Source: Meridianimarinicoccus sp.
GTDB taxonomy: Bacteria; Pseudomonadota; Alphaproteobacteria; Rhodobacterales; Rhodobacteraceae
NCBI GenBank assembly: GCA_044221805.1
Contig: JBGAOK010000001.1
Coordinates: 19,030 to 83,029, forward strand
DNA length: 64,000 nucleotides
Direction: 5' to 3'
Shown: positions 1-10,112 of the stretch, one piece after another
Layout: every line of letters starts with the position of its first letter
How positions within the stretch are numbered: the first letter of the stretch is position 1
The notes under the pieces: generated by a model
Databases searched by the model: none
Told to the model about the DNA's origin: nothing
The model's input: only the letters and a program-made list of their open reading frames with translations
Program-made: the position numbers and the translations under genes

Positions 1-1
1 A

Positions 2-514
2 GAGCGCGGCTTCATGCTGGACTGGGGCGCCGACGGGTCGGGCCTGTTCATGAAGTACCTGCGCCGCGGCTCGGGCTACTACATCGACGTCGGCGCCTGC
101 GATCTGGTGATCGACGGGTCGATCAAGCTGGTCTCCGGCAAGGGCATCGAGCGGCTGAGCGAGACCGGCGTGGTGCTGAGCGACGGGACCGAACTGCCGG
201 CGGATCTGGTGGTCTATGCCACCGGCTACGGCTCGATGAACGGCTGGGCGGCGGACCTGATCAGCCAGGAGGTCGCGGACACGGTCGGCAAGGTCTGGGG
301 CCTCGGCTCGGACACGCCGAAGGATCCCGGCCCCTGGGAAGGCGAGCAGCGCAACATGTGGAAGCCGACCCGGCAGGAGGCGCTGTGGTTCCACGGCGGC
401 AACCTGCACCAGTCGCGCCACTATTCGCAGTACCTGTCGCTGCAGCTGAAGGCCCGTCAGGTCGGCATCCCGACCCCGGTCTACGGGTTGCAGGAGGTCC
501 ACCACAAGGGCTGA
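2..514 (+). CDS. Flavin-containing monooxygenase-like NAD(P)/FAD-dependent oxidoreductase, C-terminal part (5' end outside window)
   Basis: Frame open from base 2; ADLVVYATGY motif and LWFHGGNLHQSRHYS C-terminus typical of bacterial FMO/TrkA-like flavoproteins. Confidence 0.85.
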   Translation, partial: ERGFMLDWGADGSGLFMKYLRRGSGYYIDVGACDLVIDGSIKLVSGKGIERLSETGVVLSDGTELPADLVVYATGYGSMNGWAADLISQEVADTVGKVWGLGSDTPKDPGPWEGEQRNMWKPTRQEALWFHGGNLHQSRHYSQYLSLQLKARQVGIPTPVYGLQEVHHKG

Positions 515-538
515 GCCGCGGCGACGGCCAGTCCTTGG

Positions 539-573
539 CCCCGGGGGCGCCTCCTCGCCCCCGGGGTCCTTTT
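539..573 (+). terminator. Rho-independent terminator
   Basis: Perfect 11-bp stem CCCCGGGGGCG (539-549) / CGCCCCCGGGG (556-566) followed by TCCTTTT, just after the stop at 514. Confidence 0.7.
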
Positions 574-665
574 CTGCCTGCGACGCGGTGGCACGCATCC
601 GGCGCGACGGAATGTTTCCCGAGCGGCGTATCGTCGGGACAGCCAGTCCGAACGGGATGCCACAC

Positions 666-1154
666 ATGAGCATGGTCAAGATCTCCGCCGCCTACACGCC
701 GCTCCAGAAGGCCCTGCACTGGGTCGTGGTGGGGCTGCTTCTCCTCCAGTACTTCGTCTTCGACGGCATGGGCCGGCCGCTGAAGGACTCGATCGACGCC
801 GGCACGCCGGTCTATACGACGACGGTCTATGTCCACATCCTGATCGGCGCGACGATCTTCGCGCTGGCCGCGTGGCGGCTGGGCCTGCGCGCCCGCTTCG
901 GCGCCCCCGCCGCGCCCGAGGCCGAGCCCGAGATGTTCCGGGTTGCCGCGAAGGCGGCGCATCTGGCGTTCTACGTCCTGCTTCTGGGCCTGCCGATCGG
1001 CGGGATGGCGGCATGGTTCCTGCAGTCGGGGACCCTGGCCGAGATGCACGAGATCGGCACCAAGCTGCTGCTGCTGCTCGCCCTCGTCCATGTGGCCGCG
1101 GTCCTCGTGCACCAGTTCGTCTGGAAGACCGGCCTGATCCAGCGGATGACCTGA
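666..1154 (+). CDS. Cytochrome b561 family membrane protein
   Basis: Y..LQKALHW N-terminus, four hydrophobic helices with conserved His (HW, VH, MHE, VHVAAVLVHQF); start placed at ATG 666. Confidence 0.85.
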   Translation: MSMVKISAAYTPLQKALHWVVVGLLLLQYFVFDGMGRPLKDSIDAGTPVYTTTVYVHILIGATIFALAAWRLGLRARFGAPAAPEAEPEMFRVAAKAAHLAFYVLLLGLPIGGMAAWFLQSGTLAEMHEIGTKLLLLLALVHVAAVLVHQFVWKTGLIQRMT

Positions 1155-1165
1155 CCGACCCGGCG

Positions 1166-1204
1166 CGCCGCCGGCGGCCCGGCAGCATCGGGCGGCCGGC
1201 GGCG
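1166..1204. terminator. GC-rich hairpin between convergent genes (possible bidirectional terminator)
   Basis: CGCCGCCGGC (1166-1175) pairs with GCCGGCGGCG (1195-1204). Confidence 0.45.
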
Positions 1205-1209
1205 GCGTT

Positions 1210-2850
1210 TCAGTGGGTGATCTCGGTCACCGTGCGCAGCGGCACGTCGTCCCGCGGCGGGATCGTCTGGCGTTCGATCATCCGATGCACCCGCGGCGTC
1301 CCCGCGCCTTGGTGCAGTTCCCTGAGCCGTTCGAAACTGTCGGCATCCGCCACGGTCCGGCGCATGTTGTGGCGCTGGTACTCGGTCCAGGTCGCCACGT
1401 GATAGCTCTCGGTCCATTGCCGCGGGTTTTCCAGATCCCGCAGCAGCGCCCAGCCGCGGGCCCCGTCGCGCACCCGGATCTGCCGGCGCCGGGCCATGAT
1501 GGCAAGGAATTCCTCGGTATCCTCGTGGCGGATCTCGTAATCGATCATCACCGCGATGGGGCCGCTGCGGGCGCGCAGGTCCAGCAGCACGTCGGGCGCC
1601 CGGAAGCGGTCCAGCGGGCTCAGGTCCAGCATCCCCACCTCGGGCAGCGGGCGGACGAGGCCGGCCAGCAGCCCGACCACCAGGAAGGCCGCCGCCAGCA
1701 GCAGCGCGACGGCGATGCCGGCCCCCTCGGCCGCGGCGCCCCAGGCCCAGGACCCGGTCGCCATGCCGCCGAAGACCGCGGTCTGATAGAGCGACAGCGC
1801 CCGCCCCACCACCCAGCGCGGCGTCGACATCTGCACGGTCACGTTCAGCAGCGACAGGGTGACCACCCATGACGCCCCCGCCAGCGCCAGCGCCGGCGCG
1901 CTGAGCCACAGATGCGGGCTGAAGGCCAGCCAGACCAGCGCGACGGCGAAGGCGCCGAAGCCGACCCGGGCGCGATGCTCGCTGTCGAACATCGCCTTCA
2001 GCCGGCCGTTCAGCACGCCGCCCAGAATCGCGCCGATGCCGAAGGCGCCCAGCATCAGCCCGAAGCTGGTGGCGCCAAGGTGCAGGATGTCCCGCGCCAC
2101 CACCGGCAGCAGCGCCATCAGCGCGATCGCCCCGAAGCCGAACAGGAAGGCGCGCAGCATCACCCGGAGCAGGTTCGGCGACATCGACACATAGGCGATC
2201 CCGTCCAGCATCGCCCGGCCGATATCCTCGCGCGGCAGCGCGGCCTTGCGCCGGTCGGGGTGCCAGCCGGCCAGCGCGCCCAGCATGACCAGGAAGGTCG
2301 CCGCGTTCAGGGCGAAGGCCGCGGCCGCGCCCATCGCGGCGACCACCACGCCGCCGATCGCCGGGCCGACGCTGCGCGCCAGGTTGAAGCCGATCGAGTT
2401 CAGCAGCACCGCCTGCGGCAGTTCCTCGCGCGGGACCAGATCGCCGACCGAGGCCTGCCAGGACGGGTTGTTCAGCGCCTGCCCGCAGCCCAGCACGAAG
2501 GTCAGGCCCAGCAGCGTCCAGGGCGTCAGCATCCCGAACCAGGTCAGACCGGCCAGGGCCAGGGCGCCGGTCAGCATGAAGCCCTGCGCCGCCAGCATGA
2601 GCCGGCGCCGTTCGATGTTGTCGGCCAGCGCCCCGGCCAGCAGTGCGAAGATCATGATCGGCAGCGTCGCCGCCGACTGCACCAGCGCCACCATGGCCGG
2701 CGATCCGGTCAGCCCGGTCATCACCCAGGCCGCGCCCACCTGCTGCAACTGCGAGCCGAGGTTCGACACCACCGCCGCGCCCCAGATCAACGCGAAGGCG
2801 CGGTGGCGGAACGGGGAAAGCTGGCTTGCCCGGGGCGCCGCGTCGGCCAT
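1210..2850 (-). CDS. MFS transporter (MFS_3/DUF894 type) with soluble C-terminal domain
   Basis: About 12 TM segments, GALADNIERRRL MFS loop motif, hydrophilic C-terminal domain (RRQIRVRDGARGW). Confidence 0.88.
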   Translation of the reverse strand: MADAAPRASQLSPFRHRAFALIWGAAVVSNLGSQLQQVGAAWVMTGLTGSPAMVALVQSAATLPIMIFALLAGALADNIERRRLMLAAQGFMLTGALALAGLTWFGMLTPWTLLGLTFVLGCGQALNNPSWQASVGDLVPREELPQAVLLNSIGFNLARSVGPAIGGVVVAAMGAAAAFALNAATFLVMLGALAGWHPDRRKAALPREDIGRAMLDGIAYVSMSPNLLRVMLRAFLFGFGAIALMALLPVVARDILHLGATSFGLMLGAFGIGAILGGVLNGRLKAMFDSEHRARVGFGAFAVALVWLAFSPHLWLSAPALALAGASWVVTLSLLNVTVQMSTPRWVVGRALSLYQTAVFGGMATGSWAWGAAAEGAGIAVALLLAAAFLVVGLLAGLVRPLPEVGMLDLSPLDRFRAPDVLLDLRARSGPIAVMIDYEIRHEDTEEFLAIMARRRQIRVRDGARGWALLRDLENPRQWTESYHVATWTEYQRHNMRRTVADADSFERLRELHQGAGTPRVHRMIERQTIPPRDDVPLRTVTEITH

Positions 2851-2941
2851 GGATCCTCCTGCCGTTTTTCCCCCTGCCTATGCGCCGGCACCGGCCCGGG
2901 CAAGCGCCGGGATCAGTAGGGCCGGCATCAGGGGTTCCGGC

Positions 2942-5308
2942 TCACTCCTTCCGGCGCATGGCGTCCAGCAGGGCCGCCCCCAGCGCCCCGGTGCCGGCCT
3001 TGTCCGCGGCGGGCGGGGCCGCCCGGGACGGACCCTTGGCCATGCCCGGCTGTGGCCCCCTGCCCCCGCCGGCCGGCCCGGGCTTCGCCCCGCGCCCCGT
3101 GCCGGCCGCGGCGCCGCGCTCCTGCGGGCGGGCATCGGCGGCGCCGGCATCCTTGCGCATGGTCAGGCCGATGCGCTTACGCGCCACGTCCACCTCGACC
3201 ACCCGGACGCGCACCACGTCGCCGGCCTTCACCACCTCGTGCGGGTCCTTGACGAAGCGGTCGGCCAGCTGGCTCACATGCACCAGCCCGTCCTGATGCA
3301 CGCCGATATCCACGAAGGCGCCGAAGGCGGCGACATTGGTCACGGTGCCTTCCAACTGCATCCCCGGGCGCAGGTCGGTGATCGTCTCGACCCCGTCGGC
3401 GAAACTGGCGGTAACGAAGCCGGGGCGCGGGTCGCGGCCGGGCTTCTCGAGCTCGGCCAGGATGTCGCGCACCGTGGGCAGGCCGAAGCCGCCCTCGACG
3501 AAATCCTCGGCCCGCAGCCGCTTCAGGGTCGCCCCGTCGCCCATGATCTGGCGGATGTCCCGGCCGCAGGCGGCGACGATGCGGCGGGCCACGCCATAGG
3601 CCTCCGGATGCACGCCCGAAGCATCCAGCGGCTCGTCGCCCTCGCGGATGCGCAGGAAGCCGGCGCATTGCTCGAAGGCCTTCGGCCCCAGCCCCGAGAC
3701 CTTCAGCAGCGCCTTGCGCGACCGGAAGGCGCCGTTCTGGTCCCGGTGGCCGACGATGGCCTGGGCCAGCGACGGGCCAAGGCCGGCCACATGGGCCAGA
3801 AGCGGCGCCGAGGCGGTGTTCAGGTCGACGCCCACCGCGTTCACCGCATCCTCGACCACCGCTTCCAGCGACTTGGCCAGCCGGCGCTGGTCCACGTCAT
3901 GCTGGTACTGGCCGACGCCGATCGACTGGGGCGTGATCTTCACCAGCTCCGCCAGCGGGTCCTGCAACCGTCGCGCGATCGACACCGCGCCGCGCAGCGA
4001 CACGTCCAGATCGGGAAACTCCTTCGCGGCCAGTTCCGAGGCGGAATAGACCGAGGCCCCGGCCTCGGACACGATCACCTTGGTCGGCCGCGCCCGGCCT
4101 TCCGGCATCAGCTTCAGGGTATCGGCCACGAAACGTTCGGTCTCGCGGCTGGCGGTGCCGTTGCCGATGGCGATCAGGTCGATGCCATGGCGGATGATCA
4201 GGCCCAAGAGCGCCGCCTCGGCCCCCTTCACGTCGTTGCGGGGCTGGAACGGATAGAGCGTCGCGGTCGCCAGCACCTTGCCGGTGGCATCGACCGCCGC
4301 CGCCTTCACCCCGGTGCGGATGCCCGGGTCCAGCCCCAGCGTCGCCCGCGCCCCGGCCGGCGCGGCCAGCAGCAGATCCTTCAGGTTCCGGGCGAAGACG
4401 GCGATCGCCTCGTCATGGGCGCGGCGGCGCAATTCGGTCAAGAGGTCGGCATACATGCTCAGCGCCAGCTTCACCCGCCAGGTCCAGCCCGCCACGCCCC
4501 TGAGCCAGTCGTCGCCCGGCCCCCGTCCCGGGATGCCGATCGCCGCGGCGACCATGGCTTCGGCCCGGGCGGTGCCGGTGTCGGGGTCTGGCGCGATCTC
4601 GATCGTCACCACCTCTTCCTTCGCCGCGCGCAGGATCGCCAGCGCCCGGTGCGAGGGGATGGTCGCCCAGCTTTCGGCATGGTCGAAATAGTCCGAGAAC
4701 TTGGCGCCCTCCTGCTCCTTTCCCGGGACGACCTTCGCGGCGATGGTCGCCTCGGCGCGCATGAAGTCCCTGAGACGGCCGAGCAGGTCGGCATTCTCGG
4801 CCAGTTCCTCGGCAAGGATGTCGCGGGCGCCCTCCAGCGCCTCCTTCACGCCGGGGACTGCCTCGCCGAGATAGGCCGCCGCAAGCGTCTCGGGCGCCAC
4901 GGCGCGGTCGGCGAGGATCGCCCGCAGCAGGGGCTCCAGCCCGTTCTCGCGCGCGATCATGGCGCGGGTCCGCCGCTTCGGCTTGTAGGGCAGATAGAGG
5001 TCTTCCAGCACCGCCTTGGTCGCCGCACCCGCGATGGCGCGTTCCAGTTCGCCGGTCAGCTTGCCCTGTTCGCGGATCGATTGCAGGATTGTCGCCCGAC
5101 GCGCTTCCAGTTCGCGCAGATAGACCAGCTTGTCGGCAAGGTCGCGCAACTGGGTGTCGTCCAGACCGCCGGTGACTTCCTTCCGGTAGCGGGCGATGAA
5201 CGGCACCGTGGCCCCGCCGTCCAGCAGCGCGACCGCGGCATCGACCTGTTCGGGACGCGCGCCGATCTCGGTGGCGATGCTCCGGGCGATCTTGGCGTTG
5301 GTTTCCAT
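2942..5308 (-). CDS. tex: Tex transcription accessory RNA-binding protein (YqgF/HhH/S1 domains)
   Basis: [43 protein letters not shown] and S1 domain [18 protein letters not shown]; start METNAK at 5308. Confidence 0.95.
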   Translation of the reverse strand: METNAKIARSIATEIGARPEQVDAAVALLDGGATVPFIARYRKEVTGGLDDTQLRDLADKLVYLRELEARRATILQSIREQGKLTGELERAIAGAATKAVLEDLYLPYKPKRRTRAMIARENGLEPLLRAILADRAVAPETLAAAYLGEAVPGVKEALEGARDILAEELAENADLLGRLRDFMRAEATIAAKVVPGKEQEGAKFSDYFDHAESWATIPSHRALAILRAAKEEVVTIEIAPDPDTGTARAEAMVAAAIGIPGRGPGDDWLRGVAGWTWRVKLALSMYADLLTELRRRAHDEAIAVFARNLKDLLLAAPAGARATLGLDPGIRTGVKAAAVDATGKVLATATLYPFQPRNDVKGAEAALLGLIIRHGIDLIAIGNGTASRETERFVADTLKLMPEGRARPTKVIVSEAGASVYSASELAAKEFPDLDVSLRGAVSIARRLQDPLAELVKITPQSIGVGQYQHDVDQRRLAKSLEAVVEDAVNAVGVDLNTASAPLLAHVAGLGPSLAQAIVGHRDQNGAFRSRKALLKVSGLGPKAFEQCAGFLRIREGDEPLDASGVHPEAYGVARRIVAACGRDIRQIMGDGATLKRLRAEDFVEGGFGLPTVRDILAELEKPGRDPRPGFVTASFADGVETITDLRPGMQLEGTVTNVAAFGAFVDIGVHQDGLVHVSQLADRFVKDPHEVVKAGDVVRVRVVEVDVARKRIGLTMRKDAGAADARPQERGAAAGTGRGAKPGPAGGGRGPQPGMAKGPSRAAPPAADKAGTGALGAALLDAMRRKE

Positions 5309-5388
5309 TCTGCGCGTCTCCTCTGAAGGCTGGAGAACCGTTCTACCCCGCGCCCCGGCCCCCGCCAAGCCGGATGGCGGACCCTCGC

Positions 5389-6840
5389 CTAGCCCGCCGG
5401 GCGCAGCGCCTCGATGGCCGCGCGCAGGTCGGGCTGCAGCCAGACCCGGCGCGCCGCAGCCCCCCTGCCCTTCGCGACCGCGGCGGCGGCGTTCTCGAGC
5501 AGATCGCCCGCCAGCGCGTCGCGTTCGGCCAGCGCCCCGGCGCAATCGGCCAGCAGGTCGGCATCGTCCAGCGTGGCCACCAGCGCCACCGCCAGCGCCA
5601 GCGTCGCCGCCCCGTCGGTGTCGCCGCCGCCCCCGGCCAGCCCGGCCAGCCGCGCCGCGACCGCGGCGAAGGCCCGGGCCCGGCCCTCGGCCGCCAGAAG
5701 CGCGGCCAGATCGGCGGCCTCGTCCGCGGACAGCGCCGGCGGGGCGGCCAGCGCCGCGGCCAGCCGGAACAGCGGATCCGCCGCCTCGGCCTGCCCCGGC
5801 AGGCTCCGGCGCACATGGCTGACCAGCAGCCGGTCGGCGAAGGCGGCGTATTTCGCCGCGCTGTGCGGCGCCGGATCCTCGCGCAGCAGGTACTTCCGGC
5901 GCATCTCGGAAAACGGCTGCGCCACCGCCGATTGCTGGCGCAGCCCGATCCGCCGGGCCAGTTCCGACTGGGTGATCGGCTCGCCGTTCAGGATCATGTC
6001 CTGCATGCAGACCCCGGCGCGCTGGCCCAGATCGTTCAGCATCTCGTCATAGCCTTCGGCGTGATAGCGCAAGAGTTCGCGCAGGACACCGCGGGCATTG
6101 CCGGCGCCGTGGCGATCGAGCGCCAGCGCCACCGCATTCGCCGCCCGCGCCGTCCGGTTCGAGGCGAGGAACAGGAACCGCGCCAGCAGCCGTCCGCGCG
6201 GGCCCAGCCGGTCCTGGGGCAGCAGCGCGAACAGCGTCTCGGCCGCCGCGACCGGGATCGCGCCCAGCCGGATCGCGTTCAGGAAGCCGAACAGCGGTGC
6301 GCCGGGTTCGTTGTCGACCTCGGCCTCGGTGGCGGTGGTGACCAGCATCACCCGGCTTTCCGGCCGGTCGAGCCAGTTCCTCAGCCGGGCCTGGTCGCCA
6401 TGGGCCGGGAAGGCGCGCCGGATCAGCCCGGTATAGTTCTCGGCCACCACCACCAGAAGCCGCCGGGTCCGTCCCCGGGCCGAGAACAGCGCGTCAAGCT
6501 TCGCCGCGGTCTCCTCCCAACTCCGGCCGGCGTCGCCCTTGCCCACCGCGTCATGGATCGCGCGCAGGACATCGTGCGGGGTCTGCAGCAGCGGCTGGAA
6601 ACCGGGCAGCAGCACCACCCTGCCCCGCACCCCCGCCGCCGGAAGCCGGTCGGCAAAGCTGCGGACAAGATGGGTCTTCCCCGCCCCGCGTTCGCCGGTG
6701 ATCGCCACATGCTGCATCGGCCCGGTGGCGCGGGCCTCGTTCTCGCGCGCCTCGGCCAGCAGTTCCTCAAGGGCGGCGGCATGGAACAGGGGCGCGGCGG
6801 CGCCTGCGCGCTCGGCCGCATAGTCGAACAGGTCGTCCAT
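5389..6840 (-). CDS. STAND-like P-loop NTPase B with winged HTH and alpha-helical C-terminus (483 aa)
   Basis: Walker A GERGAGKT, atypical Walker B LVVVAEN, HTH-like [13 protein letters not shown], Ala/Leu-rich tail; ATG overlaps upstream TGA (TGATG). Confidence 0.75.
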   Translation of the reverse strand: MDDLFDYAAERAGAAAPLFHAAALEELLAEARENEARATGPMQHVAITGERGAGKTHLVRSFADRLPAAGVRGRVVLLPGFQPLLQTPHDVLRAIHDAVGKGDAGRSWEETAAKLDALFSARGRTRRLLVVVAENYTGLIRRAFPAHGDQARLRNWLDRPESRVMLVTTATEAEVDNEPGAPLFGFLNAIRLGAIPVAAAETLFALLPQDRLGPRGRLLARFLFLASNRTARAANAVALALDRHGAGNARGVLRELLRYHAEGYDEMLNDLGQRAGVCMQDMILNGEPITQSELARRIGLRQQSAVAQPFSEMRRKYLLREDPAPHSAAKYAAFADRLLVSHVRRSLPGQAEAADPLFRLAAALAAPPALSADEAADLAALLAAEGRARAFAAVAARLAGLAGGGGDTDGAATLALAVALVATLDDADLLADCAGALAERDALAGDLLENAAAAVAKGRGAAARRVWLQPDLRAAIEALRPAG

Positions 6841-8060
6841 CAATCCGACCGCCAGGCCGACACCAGCCCCGAGGAATAGGTCACCCCCCGCGACCGCGAC
6901 GGCGTGATGAACCCGTCCGAATGCAACAGGTCCAGCAGCTCGCGCCCGTCCTGGTCGTCGTCGGGCGACCCGGTGGCGCTGAGCATCGCCGCCGCCCGGT
7001 CGAAGTCGATCCGCCCCTCCGGCGCCGCGGCGATCGCCTTGAACAGCCGGTTGGCGCGCGCCCGCTCGTCCTCGGTATAGCGGGCGAAGCGGCGGTCGAA
7101 CTGCACATAGTAGCGGTCCTCGAAGGCATCCTCGATCCGGTCGCGCAGCGGCCCCTTCAGCGCGGCGAGCGAGGCATCCTCGGCGAACTTGATCTTGCTG
7201 TAGGCCAGCTGGATCACGCCCGGGTAATTCGCCGGGATCATCCGCATCAGCGCGTCGGCGCAGCCGTCCTCCCATTTCCGCGGGCGGCGGGCGGCGATGC
7301 AGGCCTCGATCAGGCCGCGGGCATCGGCATCGGTCATCTCCTCGATGTCGACCGGGTCGCAGTCGTTGATGTGCTCGTCGTCGATGCCGTACTGGCGCCG
7401 AAGCCAGGGCATCGAGAACGACCCGCACAGCACCATGGCGATGCCCACGTCGTCCGACCGCCAGTGGCGCAGGATCGCCAGGAACTTGTTCAGCCGCGCC
7501 ACCACCTGCGGCACCTCGTCGGCCGGCGCCTTCTTGATCGCGTTCAGGAACAAGAGCGGCAACTCGTCGAAGATCATCACCGGCCGGTCGCCGGGCGGCA
7601 GCGCGGCCAGCTCGGTGCCGATCTGGTCGAACAGGGCCTCGGCGTAGTCGTCGATGCTGCTGTCCGACACCGCGTCGATCTTCGACGAGATGATCGAGCC
7701 GATCCGCGCCTTGATCTCGGGCGGCAGGATCTTCGTCGCCTCGGCCCATTTGCCGATCCGCGCCACCGGCCCGCCGGTCCGGGCCAGCTCCTTCAGGATC
7801 GCCGCCAGGGTGCCGGCCAGGGTGTCGTGCTTCTGCAGGTCGATCCACAGCACCTTGACGCCGCGTGCCTTGAGCCGTTCGCGGGTCTCGGCGATCAGCG
7901 ACGACTTGCCGATCCGGCGCAGCCCGAAGACCGAGACCGAGGTGCCGTCGAGCAGCCGGTCGACGACCTCGTCCGGGTCCGGCCTTGCCCCGGGCCAGTA
8001 GTCGTCACCGAACTTGTGGGTGCCGTAGCTTGGCCTGAACGTCCCGGCTTTGCGCTGCAT
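6840..8060 (-). CDS. STAND/archaeal-ATPase-like P-loop NTPase A (406 aa), no effector domain
   Basis: Walker A GLRRIGKSS, Walker B VMIFDE, sensor strand MVLCGS, YPGVIQ, C-terminal wHTH-like LLDLLHSDGFI; GGAGG RBS at 8065-8069. Confidence 0.8.
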   Translation of the reverse strand: MQRKAGTFRPSYGTHKFGDDYWPGARPDPDEVVDRLLDGTSVSVFGLRRIGKSSLIAETRERLKARGVKVLWIDLQKHDTLAGTLAAILKELARTGGPVARIGKWAEATKILPPEIKARIGSIISSKIDAVSDSSIDDYAEALFDQIGTELAALPPGDRPVMIFDELPLLFLNAIKKAPADEVPQVVARLNKFLAILRHWRSDDVGIAMVLCGSFSMPWLRRQYGIDDEHINDCDPVDIEEMTDADARGLIEACIAARRPRKWEDGCADALMRMIPANYPGVIQLAYSKIKFAEDASLAALKGPLRDRIEDAFEDRYYVQFDRRFARYTEDERARANRLFKAIAAAPEGRIDFDRAAAMLSATGSPDDDQDGRELLDLLHSDGFITPSRSRGVTYSSGLVSAWRSD

Positions 8061-8072
8061 CTGACCTCCGCC

Positions 8073-8165
8073 CATGCAGGGGACAGCATATGGTGCCGGG
8101 GCCATAGTTCAAGCGGGAATGCGTGGATCATGCACCCCGGAAAATATGGTGCCGGTCCCATACTT
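8073..8165 (-). promoter_or_regulatory. Sigma70-like promoter with duplicated palindromic operator upstream of the NTPase pair
   Basis: Minus-strand TTGAAC (8107-8112)-N16-TATGCT (8085-8090); palindrome TATGG-N2-CCGG-N2-CCATA at 8089-8106 and 8145-8162 within a 37-bp imperfect direct repeat (56-bp period). Confidence 0.6.
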
Positions 8166-8294
8166 GCACCGCCGCGGCGGCAATCCCCTCGCTCGAGCCG
8201 CTGCTTGGCATCCAGAAGCCGAGGCCGGCGGTCTTCGCGGCAGGTCGGGTCCTGGCGCGACGAGCCTAGGAAACAATGGCTGCGGATCGAATGA

Positions 8295-9596
8295 TCACGG
8301 CTCCCGGTTGTCGTGACCGGGCATTTCGGGCAGGCCCTCGGGGATCAGTTCCGACCAGAAGCTCCACACCTTCGAGAAGATGGCACGGGCGTGCCACCCG
8401 TGGAGACGGAAATGGCCGAGTTCGAAATCATCATCGAGGGACCGCTCGAACCTGTCCTTCATCGCCTTCCGGCTCAGGGGTGCGCGCTTTTCAAGATTGG
8501 CATCGATCCGGGCAAGGCAATCGGTACGCCAGGCGGCCTCCTTCTCGCGCCGCGCATGGCGCTCCGCGTCTGCGCGCCGGTCCGCAGGGAGTGCCACGGC
8601 GGACGCCACCTCGGCTGGCGCGGGCGCCAGCCCTGGCGAGGCAACAGGGGCGGGCGTCGCGCCGAAATCCCCTCGGATCGCAGCTGAGAGGTATCCGGCC
8701 GGGGTCTTGCGCACCCTGCCCCGCCGCCGCTCTGCCTCGACAAAGTCCAGCTTCGCGACGACGTAGGCTTCGCCGTGTTCATGAATCCATCGCTGCGCCA
8801 GCCGACCCGAGATGCCGTTCTCGACAAGGCGCCGGAAGGCAACGGTCTTCCGGGCCGCATCATCGTCGCCCAGGTCAAAGAGTGTTTCCTGCCCGTTGCG
8901 GGAGATCAGGAAACGGATGTGACTGACCTTTCGGCTTTCACGGCGGATCTCGGAGACGAGCATGATGTCGGAAACGGCGTTCACCTCGCGAACCGACGGC
9001 TTCACGATCTTCGCATTCAGCTTCGAGAAGTCATCGTAATAGGCCATGTCGTGCACGCCCATCAGACGCCGGAACAAGTCTATCTCCCACCAGCCCGTGG
9101 ACCCGGTGCGCACGAAGCGGAAGCAATTCTCATAGAGCGCGAGGGCGTGGCCAGAGGTGAAGTTGCGCTGGATGCGCATGTTGATCATCGAGAAGACCGC
9201 CGGATCGTAGAGCTTGGCGGCCAGAGGCGCGGCATAGGCGTACTCGCAGACGCCGCCTGACAGCTTCGCATAGGAGATCAGGGACGATACCCCCCACTCT
9301 TCTTCGCCGTTGTCGCCCAGCATGTTCCACTCGGCCGTGGTCTCGGCGAGCGCCCGGAGTGATGCCTTGAGCGTCTCGCGGTCGCGCGAGGCATAGCCGG
9401 ACAACGCGCAGAGGGTTTCGGAATCGATCCGATGGGACGGGCGGGTCAGGAGGTCGTCGTAAGCGTTGAGCAGAAGGCAGTTCGACAGCTTCCGCTGCAA
9501 GAGCGTGAGCTTGCCGCCGACGTGGATGGCGGCAACATGTTTGCGGAGGGTCTCCCGCTCCGTGATCTGTCTGGTCCTGGCCACTGCTCGACTCAT
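8295..9596 (-). CDS. repB: Plasmid replication initiation protein, Rep_3/RepB type (alternative start 9638)
   Basis: KHVAAIHV..KLTLLQRKLSNCLLLNAY, ALALYENC.RF..TGSTGWW, LNAKIVKP.V.EVN motifs; divergent from parAB. Confidence 0.85.
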   Translation of the reverse strand: MSRAVARTRQITERETLRKHVAAIHVGGKLTLLQRKLSNCLLLNAYDDLLTRPSHRIDSETLCALSGYASRDRETLKASLRALAETTAEWNMLGDNGEEEWGVSSLISYAKLSGGVCEYAYAAPLAAKLYDPAVFSMINMRIQRNFTSGHALALYENCFRFVRTGSTGWWEIDLFRRLMGVHDMAYYDDFSKLNAKIVKPSVREVNAVSDIMLVSEIRRESRKVSHIRFLISRNGQETLFDLGDDDAARKTVAFRRLVENGISGRLAQRWIHEHGEAYVVAKLDFVEAERRRGRVRKTPAGYLSAAIRGDFGATPAPVASPGLAPAPAEVASAVALPADRRADAERHARREKEAAWRTDCLARIDANLEKRAPLSRKAMKDRFERSLDDDFELGHFRLHGWHARAIFSKVWSFWSELIPEGLPEMPGHDNREP

Positions 9597-9684
9597 GCCG
9601 GTCGTTTCAGGGAATGTCGCATCAAAACCTACCCGCATGTCAATCGACAAGGGATGGTTCTCCGCCGGGATGCCAAGGGGCGGC

Positions 9685-9962
9685 CACGTGAATGGGTCGA
9701 TCTCGACAGAAGGCGCGCACGGAAACGGGTATCTTCTGTCCGACAATGCGCGCGTTTGGGCCAATCCCCAGGGGAATTTCGGCGCTGGAAGCCTGAGTTG
9801 AGTCCGGTTTGAGGCCGCGGAAACAGGCGCGCAGGGGGATTCAGGGGCATCTGGCGCATCGCACGGAAATGGGTCGACTTCGACACGCAAATGGGTCTGT
9901 TCGGGCCTGTTCTTGGGGATCTCCGGTCCCGGATTCGGGTTGTACTGGTACCGGATCCGGGT
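9685..9962. repeat. Iteron-like direct repeats of putative oriV
   Basis: CACG-N-RAAYGGGT at 9685, 9718, 9862, 9884; degenerate CCCGGATTCGGGT at 9928 and ACCGGATCCGGGT at 9950; within-group spacings 33, 22, 44, 22 bp. Confidence 0.7.
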
Positions 9963-9974
9963 TGGTGGGCCGAT

Positions 9975-10046
9975 CTATGCCTTTGATGTTACAACTGATC
10001 TTAGGCCTATAAGTTCTTAAAGTGACTCAAAGGATTCACAAGTTTG
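9975..10046. other. AT-rich segment (putative DNA unwinding element of oriV)
   Basis: Visibly AT-rich tract (CTTAGGCCTATAAGTTCTTAAAGTGACTCAAAG) next to the iterons in otherwise GC-rich DNA. Confidence 0.55.
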
Positions 10047-10096
10047 CTGTGACCAGATCATCAGGGATCCTGGCTTCCGCTTCTCCTTTCCTGAGC

Positions 10097-10112
10097 GTCT
10101 CGCGCGCGTGAC
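10097..10112. promoter_or_regulatory. Candidate parS palindrome 1
   Basis: GTCTCGCGCGCGTGAC, 15/16 identical to the perfect palindrome inside parB; upstream of parA. Confidence 0.55.

Noticed and set aside
4944-4959. Possible third parS (TTCTCGCGCGCGATCA) in tex
   Set aside because: Only 12/16 match in GC-rich coding DNA; likely chance
2246-5326. 1026-aa plus-strand ORF
   Set aside because: Antisense shadow of tex and the MFS gene in high-GC DNA; no recognisable motifs
5389-7848. 819-aa ORF suggesting one long ATPase
   Set aside because: The N-terminal 336 aa are an off-frame overlap with NTPase A; the real start is the coupled ATG at 6840
9597-9890. N-terminal extension of Rep in the ORF track
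   Set aside because: Runs through the iteron region with no family similarity; ATG 9596 or 9638 is more plausible
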